From assembly GCA_013374835.1 (NCBI GenBank), contig CP055307.1:813304-877303 (forward strand): DNA of 64,000 nucleotides, given 5' to 3'. This DNA is from Candidatus Woesebacteria bacterium (GTDB lineage: Bacteria > Patescibacteriota > Microgenomatia > UBA8517). Position 1 is the first letter of the stretch. The number at the start of each line of letters is the position of its first letter. The notes beneath the pieces are model-generated. The model saw only the letters and a list, made by a program, of their open reading frames with translations, did no database searches and was not told the origin of the DNA. Below, one piece after another: positions 41,250 to 50,794 of the stretch. The position numbers were made by a program, and so were the translations under genes.

Positions 41250-41472
41250 CTTCCTTTTTATCTTTTTTTAACCTTTTAATGCATCTTGTGCATATGTAAA
41301 CTTTTTTGTTTATTCCGTTTACCTTTAGCGTAATAGGTTGAAGATTTGGTTTGAAAACACGTTTTGTGGGGGTAACTTTATTTTTCCAACGCTTACCCGC
41401 CACACCTCTTCGGTGCTTTCGGCTTTTTCCTACGACCGAACTTTTGTGACAAATAAAACAAACGCTTGCCAT
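41233..41472 (-). CDS. rpmB: 50S ribosomal protein L28
   Basis: C.IC.K...G, T.R.FKPNLQ, CTRC; AAGGAG SD. Confidence 0.92.
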   Translation of the reverse strand: MASVCFICHKSSVVGKSRKHRRGVAGKRWKNKVTPTKRVFKPNLQPITLKVNGINKKVYICTRCIKRLKKDKKEAIFQI

Positions 41473-41532
41473 ATAAACTCCTTTAGATAATAGACAAGTT
41501 CATATTATAATAGTAAAGTTATAGATTCACAA

Positions 41533-42171
41533 ATGCTTGATACACTCTTTTCAAACCCAGCCTCATTTTTTATATGGATAGCCGCTCTTGTTTCGGCTAT
41601 TACGGTTCATGAGTTTGCCCATGCTTGGACTGCCGTTAAGCTTGGAGACCCTACTCCGAAGATTCAGGGAAGACTTACATTAAATCCACTGGCACACCTT
41701 GATCCCTTAGGGACATTAATGCTTCTTGTTGTGCGTTTCGGCTGGGGAAAGCCTGTACAATTTGACCCATATAATTTGGCCAATCCCAGGCGCGATGCGG
41801 CTATTATTTCTCTGGCCGGGCCATTTAGCAATCTCTTTTTTGCCGCAATTTTATCTATAATAATTCATTTTGTTGTTACGCCTTTTTCGCTACTTGCTAC
41901 AATACTTACACCTTTTATTTTTTTGAATATTATCCTTGCCGTTTTTAATCTACTGCCCATTCATCCTCTTGACGGCGGGAAAATACTTGTCGGATTTTTA
42001 CCAGAAAAGGACGCGCATACTGTAGATATTTTTTTAAAACAGTATGGAATTTTTATACTAATTTTGCTTATTTTCCCTATCTGGAGCGGAGTTTCTCCCG
42101 TTTTTACGATTCTATCTCCAATAATTAATTTCCTTCTTTCCATATACATACCCGGTGTAATGGCACTTTGA
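41533..42171 (+). CDS. Site-2 protease (M50) family protein
   Basis: HEFAH, GR.TLNP..H.DP.G, NLLPIHPLDG. Confidence 0.92.
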   Translation: MLDTLFSNPASFFIWIAALVSAITVHEFAHAWTAVKLGDPTPKIQGRLTLNPLAHLDPLGTLMLLVVRFGWGKPVQFDPYNLANPRRDAAIISLAGPFSNLFFAAILSIIIHFVVTPFSLLATILTPFIFLNIILAVFNLLPIHPLDGGKILVGFLPEKDAHTVDIFLKQYGIFILILLIFPIWSGVSPVFTILSPIINFLLSIYIPGVMAL

Positions 42172-42193
42172 TTTTTCGTGTTATAATAATAAT

Positions 42194-42378
42194 GACCCTG
42201 CTAAAGGGAGGATAGCTAGGCACATTTCCTGACTAAAAATCACTCCGGGAGCCCCGCTCAGGGCGGAGCGCTTCGAAGAAATTCGAAGCAGACGGGTGTC
42301 CGATTTCCCGAGGGAGACGGACCAGTCTAGCCCACCTGGTCTAGTACCAGGAAATCGCCTAGTTCCCGCGGCGGGGTC
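42194..42378 (+). ncRNA. Unidentified 185-nt structured RNA (6S-like size and closing stem)
   Basis: GC-rich intergenic block; 5' and 3' ends pair over about 40 nt; three internal hairpins; TG-T-TATAAT with -10 at 42182-42187. Confidence 0.7.
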
Positions 42379-42453
42379 GTACCGTTAAGTTTAAAAATCA
42401 AAATTAAAAATTATCTTCTTTGCTGATATAATATTCACATATGCTTTTGTTGT

Positions 42454-42526
42454 GCCTGGGTAGCTCAGTGGTTAGAGCACATGTTTTGTAAACATGGGGT
42501 CGTGGGTTCAAATCCCACCCTAGGCT
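42454..42526 (+). tRNA. tRNA-Thr(UGU)
   Basis: Cloverleaf; anticodon arm CATGT-TTTGTAA-ACATG; GGTTCAAATCC T arm. Confidence 0.97.
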
Positions 42527-42546
42527 CAAGATAAAAATAAAGATTT

Positions 42547-42631
42547 GCCAAGGTGACGGAGTGGACAAACGTAGCAGTCTGTAAAACTGCCGGTCGAAAG
42601 GCCTACCCAGGTTCGAATCCTGGCCTTGGCA
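42547..42631 (+). tRNA. tRNA-Tyr(GUA)
   Basis: GCAGT-CTGTAAA-ACTGC anticodon arm, long variable arm, GGTTCGAATCC. Confidence 0.97.
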
Positions 42632-42641
42632 CAACTTCCTC

Positions 42642-45044
42642 TTACCAACAGATAAACCAAAGACAGCGTTTATTTTCTTCCTGAGGTTCTGGGGTAGATT
42701 TTGGGGATAATTTTGCCGTAGGACTTGGAGTGAATGTTGGGAATGGACTTCTCTCCTCTTGTTTTGTGATTGAAACTCCCTGTATTTCTTCACTGACTGG
42801 CTGTGACAACTTTAGATTGAAACTAGGAAGTGAATTAAAAAATTCGTCTTTAGAAACAGAAATAGATATCATTGAATCAGGAAAAAGATGAGGAACCATT
42901 ATCCAGGTTGAATCAGAATTTACAGTTGTTGTGAATGTTTTTGTTTGGCTGGGATCAGAATTGTTTACAACCTTTAGATTTACTTCTGCTCCTGAAAAGG
43001 CAATTCCTGTTATTGTTGGTTTAAGTGTTGTTAGTTGGTATAATGGTTTGATAAAAAGAGGATTAAAGCTGGATATTATTCCTGTATTTGATCCTGTTAT
43101 TTTGTTAATCTGGAGGGGAAACCAAGTGGAGGCAGACAATCCCCTGTTTCCTGCCGAATAAATCCCTTCTTTGGTTTGGAAATCAATGGTGTTACTTTCA
43201 AATGAATAACCCCATTTATCAAAAACCTTTACTTTGGCCTGATAAGTTCCTGGGGATAGGTTTATTGGTTCTGATTCAACAGTATTTGTTGTTTCAGAGA
43301 TAATAACATTTCCATCTGTTCCAATAAGATCCTTGGACACCTTTGAGATGTATTTATTCCAATTTCCATCTTTTCCAAGATATATTTCAAAATGGGAGAT
43401 ATTATCCTTAATATAATCAAGATTTTTAGATGGGATCTTAAATGAAATAATTGGTCTTTCTCCCGTTGTTTCAACAGAAAAAAGTGTAAAAGGCCAGAAG
43501 ATAAAAGCCTGCTCTTCCTCAACAGCTGATTGATATGATGTTGCCCTGATGTGGGCAGAAAAACCATAAGATTCACTCCACTGATCTTTTGGGGTAACAC
43601 CTGACCATGGTTCAAATTCATGGTGGAATTCATATATAGTTTGGGAATCAGAATTATCCCTTGATGTCAAATAAGTTGGAGTAACAAATCCTTGGTTATT
43701 GATATTAATCTCAATCTTTCTGATATTAAACTTTCCCCTCTCACCTAAAAGAGCATTACCAGAAAGCTTCATTCTTCCCCCATCAAGATTCTCAGGTGGA
43801 TAGTTGATATTCAAAGAAGGCGTTGTAATAGATTGATAGTCATTTTAAATAAGCACTCTTCGATTAACTTCATCGCCAATATAAAGTTTATTACCATCTA
43901 CAAAAGAAAAACACGGCTGACCCATCGTTCTACTGGTACGCCCCTCATAATTTACCATTCGAGTGTCGATATCAGGTTGGCCCAATACAGCATCTGCACT
44001 AGAATTATGGGAATTTGGCAAAGAATTAAATATTAAAACTCGATGATTACCCAAATCTGAAATAAAAATATTGTTTCCTTTTAAATAAACGTAAACGGGA
44101 GTTTTGAGAGTGTTTGCTCCACTTAAAGAACTTCCTTGATTAGCAGAATTAGAAAAAAAATTTTCTTGTCCTATAACAATGTCTGCAGGCTGATTATTAT
44201 AAGTAGGAAAGCTATTCCAAACAATAACCCTGTGATTATTTGTATCTGCCACCAATAAAATTTTCTGGTTGCTAAATACACTAGAAGGGTAAGACATTGA
44301 AGAAGGGCCAATACCCCCATGATTAATGTCCTTTGTATTAAAATCTGGCTGGCCAAGAACCATGTCAGCAGCTGCATTATTTTCAGTTGGGATATCATTA
44401 AATACCAAAACCCTGTTATTACCCGAATCGGCAATAAAAAGTTTATCTCCATCATAAAAAACGCCTTCAGGCTGCCAAAGAGTTCTGTTAGTTGGTGCTG
44501 ATAAACCTTGATTTGCTTTATTGCTCGAGAAATCCGGTTGTCCAATTACAATATCTGCATCCGCTTGATTATTCGAGGGAACACTATTGAAAACAAGGAC
44601 TCTGTTGTTATTTCTATCAGCAATTATAAGTTTCTCACTATCTGTAGTTAAACCAACAGGATGGCATAGGGTATGTGCACTTTTTCCTCCGTTATTGCAA
44701 GTGGAGGAAACAAAATCAGGTTGACCAAGAACTATGCTTGCAGGGGAACCATTCACCTGCGGAATTTCATTGAATATTAACACACGATGGTCTAATTGGT
44801 CAGAAACTATCAGTTTACTTCCAACAATAACTCCCCCTTGAACACCTTGTGACAATTTATCTTGTGCAGGGAAACTTACAGGATCAGAAACAAAATCCGG
44901 TTGCCCCACAACCACACTTGCTGACATATTGGTGTAGTAGGCCAATAATTGATGGTTAATGATTAATGGACAAAAAAATAAGAAGGTTAAACTTAAAAAT
45001 ATACTTATAAAATTTATTAAAGTTTGTGTGTAAAGCTGAAACAA
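42642..45044 (-). pseudogene. NHL-repeat beta-propeller surface protein split by one in-frame TAA (ORFs 43845-45044 and 42642-43814)
   Basis: Repeated D..N.RVL.FN / VLGQPDF units; both ORFs in the same frame; TAA at 43847-43845 replaces the aromatic residue of RVLI[F/Y]N. Confidence 0.7.
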
Positions 45045-45132
45045 AACCTACTTAGCCGATTTTTTATTTATAAATATACATACCTTGTGATTCATTCTAA
45101 GTAAATTTTGAAATAAAGATCAAGGCATCTTT

Positions 45133-46053
45133 TTAATGTGTATCTCGCACCAGTTCCGGTTGAACAAAAGCGTTCATATAGGTTTCTATGAATTCTTCGT
45201 TTATAATTTTACCTTTTTTGTTTACTGTTAATTTTACTAACAATCCTTTTTTTGTTTCTTCGCTCCACATTTGATCAAAAACCAAATTACCAAGCGAGTA
45301 ATAAATTGGTTTTCCTTCTAGATACTCTATCTTTTGTACCCAGTGCGGGTGATGACCAGCAATTACGTCTGCCCCGCTCTCAACTATTTTTTTAGCCAAA
45401 TCTTTTTGATAAATTTCAGGCTCAGATTTATACTCCACTCCCCAGTGGATACCGACAACAAGAAAATCAACTTCTTTTTTTGATTCTGAAATCAGCTTAA
45501 AATCTAAATCTTTAGGAGTGTTTGTTAAAAAATCGAATCCGAGAAAACCTATTTTTATATCCCCTACTTTTATTGTTTCAAGATTATCAAAGCCAACAAA
45601 TTTTATCCCAGATTGGTCCAAAATTTTTTTTGTTTCTTCTATCCCTTCTTGTCCGTAATTACTCGCATGGTTGTTGGAAAGAGTTACAACGTCAACTCCA
45701 GCGAATAACAAACCTTCAATCATTTTTGGATCTGTGCAAAATTTAAATCCACTATCTGTTTTTGGACAACCGGATACGATAGGGTTTTCAAGATTAACAA
45801 AAAAAATATCGGCACTTTTTGTTAAATTTGCAATTTTTCTAAACGGATAAGCATAATCTCCTGTCTTAATACTTTCTATCATTACAGATCTAGCGAGCAT
45901 TACGTCCCCTCCGAGAAGGATTGTGGCCGTTAATTCCTGTTGAAGTTTAGACTTGGACAAAGGGGTTGTTTTAGGTACATTTTTATTAAGAAACAAGGAT
46001 GAAATTGCCAATACAAAAATAAAAATTACTAAAATTGAAGCTGCTATTTTCAT
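45133..46053 (-). CDS. CapA-family metallophosphatase-like protein
   Basis: GDVM..R, NLE.P, L.NNH, HWG.EY, GHHPH, YSLGN..FD. Confidence 0.9.
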   Translation of the reverse strand: MKIAASILVIFIFVLAISSLFLNKNVPKTTPLSKSKLQQELTATILLGGDVMLARSVMIESIKTGDYAYPFRKIANLTKSADIFFVNLENPIVSGCPKTDSGFKFCTDPKMIEGLLFAGVDVVTLSNNHASNYGQEGIEETKKILDQSGIKFVGFDNLETIKVGDIKIGFLGFDFLTNTPKDLDFKLISESKKEVDFLVVGIHWGVEYKSEPEIYQKDLAKKIVESGADVIAGHHPHWVQKIEYLEGKPIYYSLGNLVFDQMWSEETKKGLLVKLTVNKKGKIINEEFIETYMNAFVQPELVRDTH

Positions 46054-46105
46054 TTTCTTATTATAAAATATGACTTGTAATAACAGTTATTATTTGTAAA
46101 ACCTT

Positions 46106-46177
46106 GCCTGGGTAGCTCAGGGGTAGAGCACTTTCTTGGTAAGAAAGGGGTCGCGGGTTCAAATCCCGCCTCAGGCT
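46106..46177 (+). tRNA. tRNA-Thr(GGU)
   Basis: CTTTC-TTGGTAA-GAAAG anticodon arm; GGTTCAAATCC. Confidence 0.97.
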
Positions 46178-46301
46178 CAGATGGCTAATTATCAAGAGGC
46201 TTCAATTTACAAAAAATATATGTTAAAATCTGAACTCATGGCAAAAAGGCTGTATAAAAAAAAGCCTTGAGCATTAAGCTTTTTGCTTTTAGATAACCAA
46301 A

Positions 46302-46475
46302 ATGGCACAAAATAGGACAGATAAAATAGTTGCGCTTGTTTGTAGCGAGTGCAAGAGACAAAACTATATCACCACCCGAAATAAGAGGAATATGGAGGGG
46401 AAGCTTGTGCTTAAAAAGTACTGTAAATTCTGTAAAAAGACTACTGAGCATAAAGAATCTTCAAAGCTTAAGTAG
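46302..46475 (+). CDS. rpmG: 50S ribosomal protein L33 (zinc-binding form; absent from ORF track)
   Basis: Translates as MAQNRTDKIVALVCSECKRQNYITTRNKRNMEGKLVLKKYCKFCKKTTEHKESSKLK. Confidence 0.95.
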   Translation: MAQNRTDKIVALVCSECKRQNYITTRNKRNMEGKLVLKKYCKFCKKTTEHKESSKLK

Positions 46476-46477
46476 AA

Positions 46478-46906
46478 ATGGTAGAATACAATCCCGATCA
46501 CCCGAATGCTAATATCCACGGAATGGTGGGAGAGGGCGGTGAACCAACCTGTGAAACCAAAAATGGTAATTTATGCACCGGCTGCTGCCACGCTCTTGAG
46601 GTAAGAGATACAAACTCTGGTTTTAAAAAGAATGCAGGAAAGCCGTGTGAGCATCAATTGTATGGACAGGGTTGTAGGTTTATATTGGAAAATACAAGTG
46701 GTAGACCTTCTATTTGCGAAGCGTATCACTGCTCTTCGGATATCTATAAACTAGCTACAAGCCCCGATCCCAAAATAAAATATGCCGCATTTCAAAGAAT
46801 TGCAATGTCTTTAACAGCTGCAAATTATAATGGAGAGATAACAGATAAGGAATATAATGATTTACTTAATCGGTTTAGTCCTCAACTATTTGTTCGGCAA
46901 GAATAG
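46478..46906 (+). CDS. YkgJ-like cysteine-cluster protein
   Basis: C....CTGCC, PC, GC, RP.IC..Y.C pattern. Confidence 0.6.
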   Translation: MVEYNPDHPNANIHGMVGEGGEPTCETKNGNLCTGCCHALEVRDTNSGFKKNAGKPCEHQLYGQGCRFILENTSGRPSICEAYHCSSDIYKLATSPDPKIKYAAFQRIAMSLTAANYNGEITDKEYNDLLNRFSPQLFVRQE

Positions 46907-47114
46907 TTATTAAAAAATTGTGCCTTTCTCTTGCGATTTCTTTTAATCTTTTGCTAAGTTCTTCTCTATCCACTTCAAATGGTGACACATCTAAATCTGC
47001 TATCTTGACAGCCAAGGCTACTGCATTAAACCTTTGACTCGGGTTAAGCTCTATTCCGTTGACGGTTAATTGCACTTGACTATTTATTCTATCTCCTAAA
47101 CTTTCTATACTCAA
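46875..47114 (-). CDS. Hypothetical protein
   Basis: AAGGAGG SD 9 nt before TTG at 47114 (MSIESLGDR...). Confidence 0.55.
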   Translation of the reverse strand: MSIESLGDRINSQVQLTVNGIELNPSQRFNAVALAVKIADLDVSPFEVDREELSKRLKEIARERHNFLITILAEQIVED

Positions 47115-47318
47115 TATCACGCACCTCCTTTTAATTAAAATTAGAAAAAATTTTTTACTTTTTACAAGCGGCATTTAATTGCTATAATGATTTTTGGGGT
47201 AATCACCCCCTTTGCTCCAGCCAAAAAATTTTGCATTAGTACTAAAGCAGCGCTTAATCAAAGGGCATGGTGAAAAACTAGACTGTCTGAAAGATTCGGG
47301 ATAAAATATATATTGTTT

Positions 47319-47389
47319 AGGTCTGTCGTTCAGTGGTAGGACCCGGGTCTCCAAAACCCGTGACGGGGGTTCGATTCCCTCCAGACCTG
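47319..47389 (+). tRNA. tRNA-Trp(CCA)
   Basis: CGGGT-CTCCAAA-ACCCG anticodon arm; GGTTCGATTCC; expected position between rpmG and secE. Confidence 0.96.
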
Positions 47390-47416
47390 CACCATGGAAT
47401 TGACTCGACATTAGTC

Positions 47417-47860
47417 ATGGCATCAGAAAATAATTTTCTACTAAATAATGAAAGAATAAATGCGTTTCCATTTAGCGCTCTTAGTCTGAGGCTCCAAGAG
47501 CTCGGTTTTCGTGAATTTGTGAAACCTAATCATAAAATAATAACAATACCCAAGGATATAAGTTGTGAATTACCTAAACCTGCTGATTTAGAAATAAACG
47601 GTATTTCAGTTTGTACCACAACAGAAGAGGAACTATCATCGCGTGTTATCACCCTTCCTTTAGATGCATGGAACCTTGATAATTTTGAGCCCAATGTATT
47701 TAGAAAAAATGGAATATATCAATTTAATTTTATAATAGAAGCCGAAAATTACTATCTTAAATTAATTTCTCATGATCCTTCTTTCCCAAGAGATTCACTT
47801 TGTTTTTCTATTAACAAACAGCAAATAATTCTTTTACCCATTGTGATATCCAACTATTAA
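47417..47860 (+). CDS. Hypothetical protein
   Basis: ORF track start overlaps tRNA-Trp; first in-frame ATG beyond it is 47417. Confidence 0.5.
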   Translation: MASENNFLLNNERINAFPFSALSLRLQELGFREFVKPNHKIITIPKDISCELPKPADLEINGISVCTTTEEELSSRVITLPLDAWNLDNFEPNVFRKNGIYQFNFIIEAENYYLKLISHDPSFPRDSLCFSINKQQIILLPIVISNY

Positions 47861-47861
47861 A

Positions 47862-48560
47862 ATGAGCATTTCCATAGAAAGAGCTGAAAATAATAAATTC
47901 GATTCTATTGATCGCGAAGAGGCAAGATGTATATTAGGAACCACCTCTTCAACCAATAGAATCGAATTTACTACATACGAAAATAAGGTAGTAATTAAAA
48001 AGGTATTTGCCCGAAAGGATGGAGAAAAATATGCATCAAATGAAGCATGCATACTAAGGCACCTTGCAGAAAAAACTTATAGAACTAATGTTGTTTTTCC
48101 TAGACTCGCTAAAGATGATATCATCTGGGACGAGGAAGGTAACCCCTGTTTGTATATAGCACCCGAACCTAAATATACTCCATTTTCAGCCGATAAGTCT
48201 ATCAAGCTTGAACTAGATGGCAAGACTGCACCCATAAAATTACAGAATTGTTTTAAAGCTATTTGTGTCATGCATACTAAGTATAGTGTACTTCATAATG
48301 ATCTTCATCTTGATAATATTGGTTTTTTACCACCTTATACTGGATCTTCCTTAATAAGAAACATGATTATTGACTTTGATCAATCAGAAAAATGCAATTA
48401 TTTGACCCCAAGAGAAATTACAAAAGATTTATTTATATTCACCAAAAACCTTTTAGCTATTTGCGAAGAAGAAAAAAGTGCAAAACAACGGATACGCGAA
48501 ATAGTTTTAATAACCTACCACGATTTAATTGATGTTGATACACTCTTTAATCAATTATAA
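47862..48560 (+). CDS. Protein-kinase-like fold protein (Bud32/RIO/Kdo-kinase-like)
   Basis: VVIK, NE, VLHNDLHLDNI catalytic loop, IIDFDQS, KDL. Confidence 0.75.
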   Translation: MSISIERAENNKFDSIDREEARCILGTTSSTNRIEFTTYENKVVIKKVFARKDGEKYASNEACILRHLAEKTYRTNVVFPRLAKDDIIWDEEGNPCLYIAPEPKYTPFSADKSIKLELDGKTAPIKLQNCFKAICVMHTKYSVLHNDLHLDNIGFLPPYTGSSLIRNMIIDFDQSEKCNYLTPREITKDLFIFTKNLLAICEEEKSAKQRIREIVLITYHDLIDVDTLFNQL

Positions 48561-48635
48561 ACAATACCACTATTTGACAGAGATCTTGAGATAATTCTAT
48601 TCTGAATGTAGAAAAATGTTTCTTAAAGCAAGGGG

Positions 48636-49034
48636 GTGAGGAAAGTGGATAAAAAATTTTGTATAAAGTTTATCGGATACTGGACGCTTAATGCCCTTGT
48701 CTTGTCGCTTGCCGACTCGCTCTTCCCCGATATGTTTGAGCTGGGTAATGAATACATTACTACCCCATCTGCTGCAGTGTTTTCGGGATTTTTTTTAACT
48801 GTGCTTCTATTTATGGCAAAGGGGTTGGCAAAGACTTTTAATTTAAATAAAAAAGGCAGATACGCAATGTTTCTTTATTATTGGTTGGCGGCCAGTGCCG
48901 GGATTTGGCTTACCGCAAGAGCGGCTGATGTAAGCGGGTTCGGAGTTTCTCGTTTTACTTGGGCTTTGGCTTGCGGTTTTGCAATATCTTTTTCAAACTG
49001 GCTTGCCCGACAGGCGTTTAAGGGAATTAACTAG
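48636..49034 (+). CDS. Hypothetical 4-TM membrane protein
   Basis: Four hydrophobic helices; AAGGGG before GTG. Confidence 0.6.
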   Translation: MRKVDKKFCIKFIGYWTLNALVLSLADSLFPDMFELGNEYITTPSAAVFSGFFLTVLLFMAKGLAKTFNLNKKGRYAMFLYYWLAASAGIWLTARAADVSGFGVSRFTWALACGFAISFSNWLARQAFKGIN

Positions 49035-49082
49035 GCAAGAATTGTAGAATTGTAAGGTATTCATTAGTGATGCTTTTTGATA

Positions 49083-49613
49083 TTACTGTTTTATCTTTAG
49101 GATAGCTGGTTTTAGATTTATCCAAAGGTAATCGCGTTCGCCCATGCGCGCCGCGCTTTTTGCAAGTGGAATTATCTCAACTTCACTCTTATCACCTATT
49201 ACTTTAAATTTAAACGAAGCGAGCGTTTTTGCACCCTCAACAATCTCTCCATTAAAAGCCATTCCATAGCTTACTTTGATTAATCCGAGAGAATTATCTA
49301 TTTTTTCTTCGAGTTTGTTTGTTTTACTCCAGATTGTGCCTTCGCGAACAGACACCAGCTCGAGTGTTTTTGGATCAAAACTTATAGTAAATGCTACTGC
49401 GTGGAGAAAAGAGTTTTTTCCGACTCCCTTTTTAAGGGATATTGTAAGCGAATTGGTCTCCCCTTTTTGCCAGGCTTTTTCGTGCCCGCTAAAAACCGCA
49501 TCAAAGTCATTTTCTGAATCATTGTTTTTTGAAGAAAAAGTAAAATAAACGAAAATAGAAAATGCGATAATCGCTATTCCAATCAAAAAAATTTTTATCC
49601 GAATTTTTGGCAT
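49083..49613 (-). CDS. Membrane-anchored cohesin-domain protein
   Basis: N-terminal TM; A..F.I.FDP..LE.V.V..G...IDN..G.I, LA..KFK pattern. Confidence 0.7.
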   Translation of the reverse strand: MPKIRIKIFLIGIAIIAFSIFVYFTFSSKNNDSENDFDAVFSGHEKAWQKGETNSLTISLKKGVGKNSFLHAVAFTISFDPKTLELVSVREGTIWSKTNKLEEKIDNSLGLIKVSYGMAFNGEIVEGAKTLASFKFKVIGDKSEVEIIPLAKSAARMGERDYLWINLKPAILKIKQ

Positions 49614-50792
49614 TTATAAAGAAGTGCCGAAATTTTCAAAAAGTATTATATAATCCAGAAGGTTGATCTTGCCATCTGTATTCAGATCCGCATTGGGATA
49701 GGCTGACGATTCTTTACTAAAATATTCAAGAAGAAGTGTGTAGTCAAGAATATCAACTTTGCCGTCTCTATTTATATCGCCCGGAATAATTCCGCCCGGA
49801 GTCGGGCTCGGGCTTAATGAAGGACTGGGCGAGCCTGTAGCACCCGATACGAAAACTTCAGCCGGCAAGGCTTCTTTCAGCACGTTTTGTTGCCCTTGAC
49901 CGTAGGCTACTGCGATTGTCTGCTGATTTATAAACGATAAGCTGGACTGACCACTTTTTATCGCCGTGAAGGTGAAGGCTGCAATGTTCCCTTGCTCTTT
50001 GATATTGTGATTTTCAGGAGGAAGAATTTGAGTATAGTGGATTGTGCCCGCTTCGGTATTAACATTGGGGCCTACAATATCCGGATTTTGGAAGTAATCA
50101 AGCGCATCTATTTTTTCAAAGCGAAGTATATTGGGATCGTACTTTATAAACATTTCGACTCCTACCAAATCTACTCCCCCACTATTTACCCAGGCATAAA
50201 TTCTAACTTCGTCGCCCACATTGTATCTGGATTTATCAGGGCTTAAACGCAAAGATACAAACGTGTTATAAATATTTAGGCTTAAAAATGAATATTTTGT
50301 AATTACATTGACACTTCCTTCCCCTACTGCTACTGCCAATGTTTTTCCTTCGTTTAGACTAATATTTGTGTTTCCGGTTTTTAGGGTCTTAAAAGTAATT
50401 TGGGCTATAGTTCCACTTCCAGTAACAGGCGTATCGTTTGGCTTTACTATAAGCGTATAAAAAATCTCCCCCGATTCAATTCTTGGACCTATTACATCCG
50501 CCGACTGCATAAAAGCACCCTTTGAAACTACCGTAGGCTCAAGAAATTCCGGATCGAAATCAATATACAGCTCTGCTCCTACAACATTGTTTTCGCCTGT
50601 TTCCATGTTCACAGAGAGAGTGTATTCCTCGTTGAGCCTAACTGCTTTGTCACCTACCAAAGAAAGCTGTGTTGCCGGGGCCGTTTTTTTGGTGGTTATT
50701 TGAGTTTTTTGACTTAAGAAAACCGCTGAAACAATTCCTAAAATGATAAATAAGATAAAAATTATGAAAAGAGCCTTATTTCCAATCTTCAT
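49614..50792 (-). CDS. Two cohesin-like domains plus C-terminal dockerin
   Basis: Duplicated VVG.E..I.[FY]DP..L ... G.IA..TF...K.G domains; SP linker; GDINRDGKVDILD and ADLNTDGKINLLD loops. Confidence 0.8.
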   Translation of the reverse strand: MKIGNKALFIIFILFIILGIVSAVFLSQKTQITTKKTAPATQLSLVGDKAVRLNEEYTLSVNMETGENNVVGAELYIDFDPEFLEPTVVSKGAFMQSADVIGPRIESGEIFYTLIVKPNDTPVTGSGTIAQITFKTLKTGNTNISLNEGKTLAVAVGEGSVNVITKYSFLSLNIYNTFVSLRLSPDKSRYNVGDEVRIYAWVNSGGVDLVGVEMFIKYDPNILRFEKIDALDYFQNPDIVGPNVNTEAGTIHYTQILPPENHNIKEQGNIAAFTFTAIKSGQSSLSFINQQTIAVAYGQGQQNVLKEALPAEVFVSGATGSPSPSLSPSPTPGGIIPGDINRDGKVDILDYTLLLEYFSKESSAYPNADLNTDGKINLLDYIILFENFGTSL

Positions 50793-50794
50793 AT

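Noticed and set aside
42194-42378. Identification of the RNA as SRP RNA, RNase P RNA or tmRNA
   Set aside because: TCAGG...AAGCAG spacing and pairing do not form SRP helix 8; no GAGGAAAGUCC/P4; no tRNA-like ends or tag ORF
42404-42793. 129-aa minus-strand ORF
   Set aside because: Antisense shadow of tRNA-Thr and tRNA-Tyr
43845-43847. Stop-codon reassignment (alternative genetic code)
   Set aside because: TAA, TAG and TGA all terminate conserved genes normally elsewhere in the window
43845-44920. Repeats as a CRISPR array or DNA tandem repeat
   Set aside because: Degenerate protein-level NHL repeats; no identical repeats with spacers and no cas genes
42632-46105. tRNA-integrated mobile island
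   Set aside because: No integrase and no duplicated tRNA 3' end found; the two Thr genes are complete tRNAs with different anticodons, not att sites
46236-46512. ORFs 46236-46451 (-) and 46330-46512 (+)
   Set aside because: Overlap the true rpmG frame (46302-46475)
47175-47411. 78-aa minus-strand ORF and the 5' extension of ORF 47333
   Set aside because: Overlap tRNA-Trp
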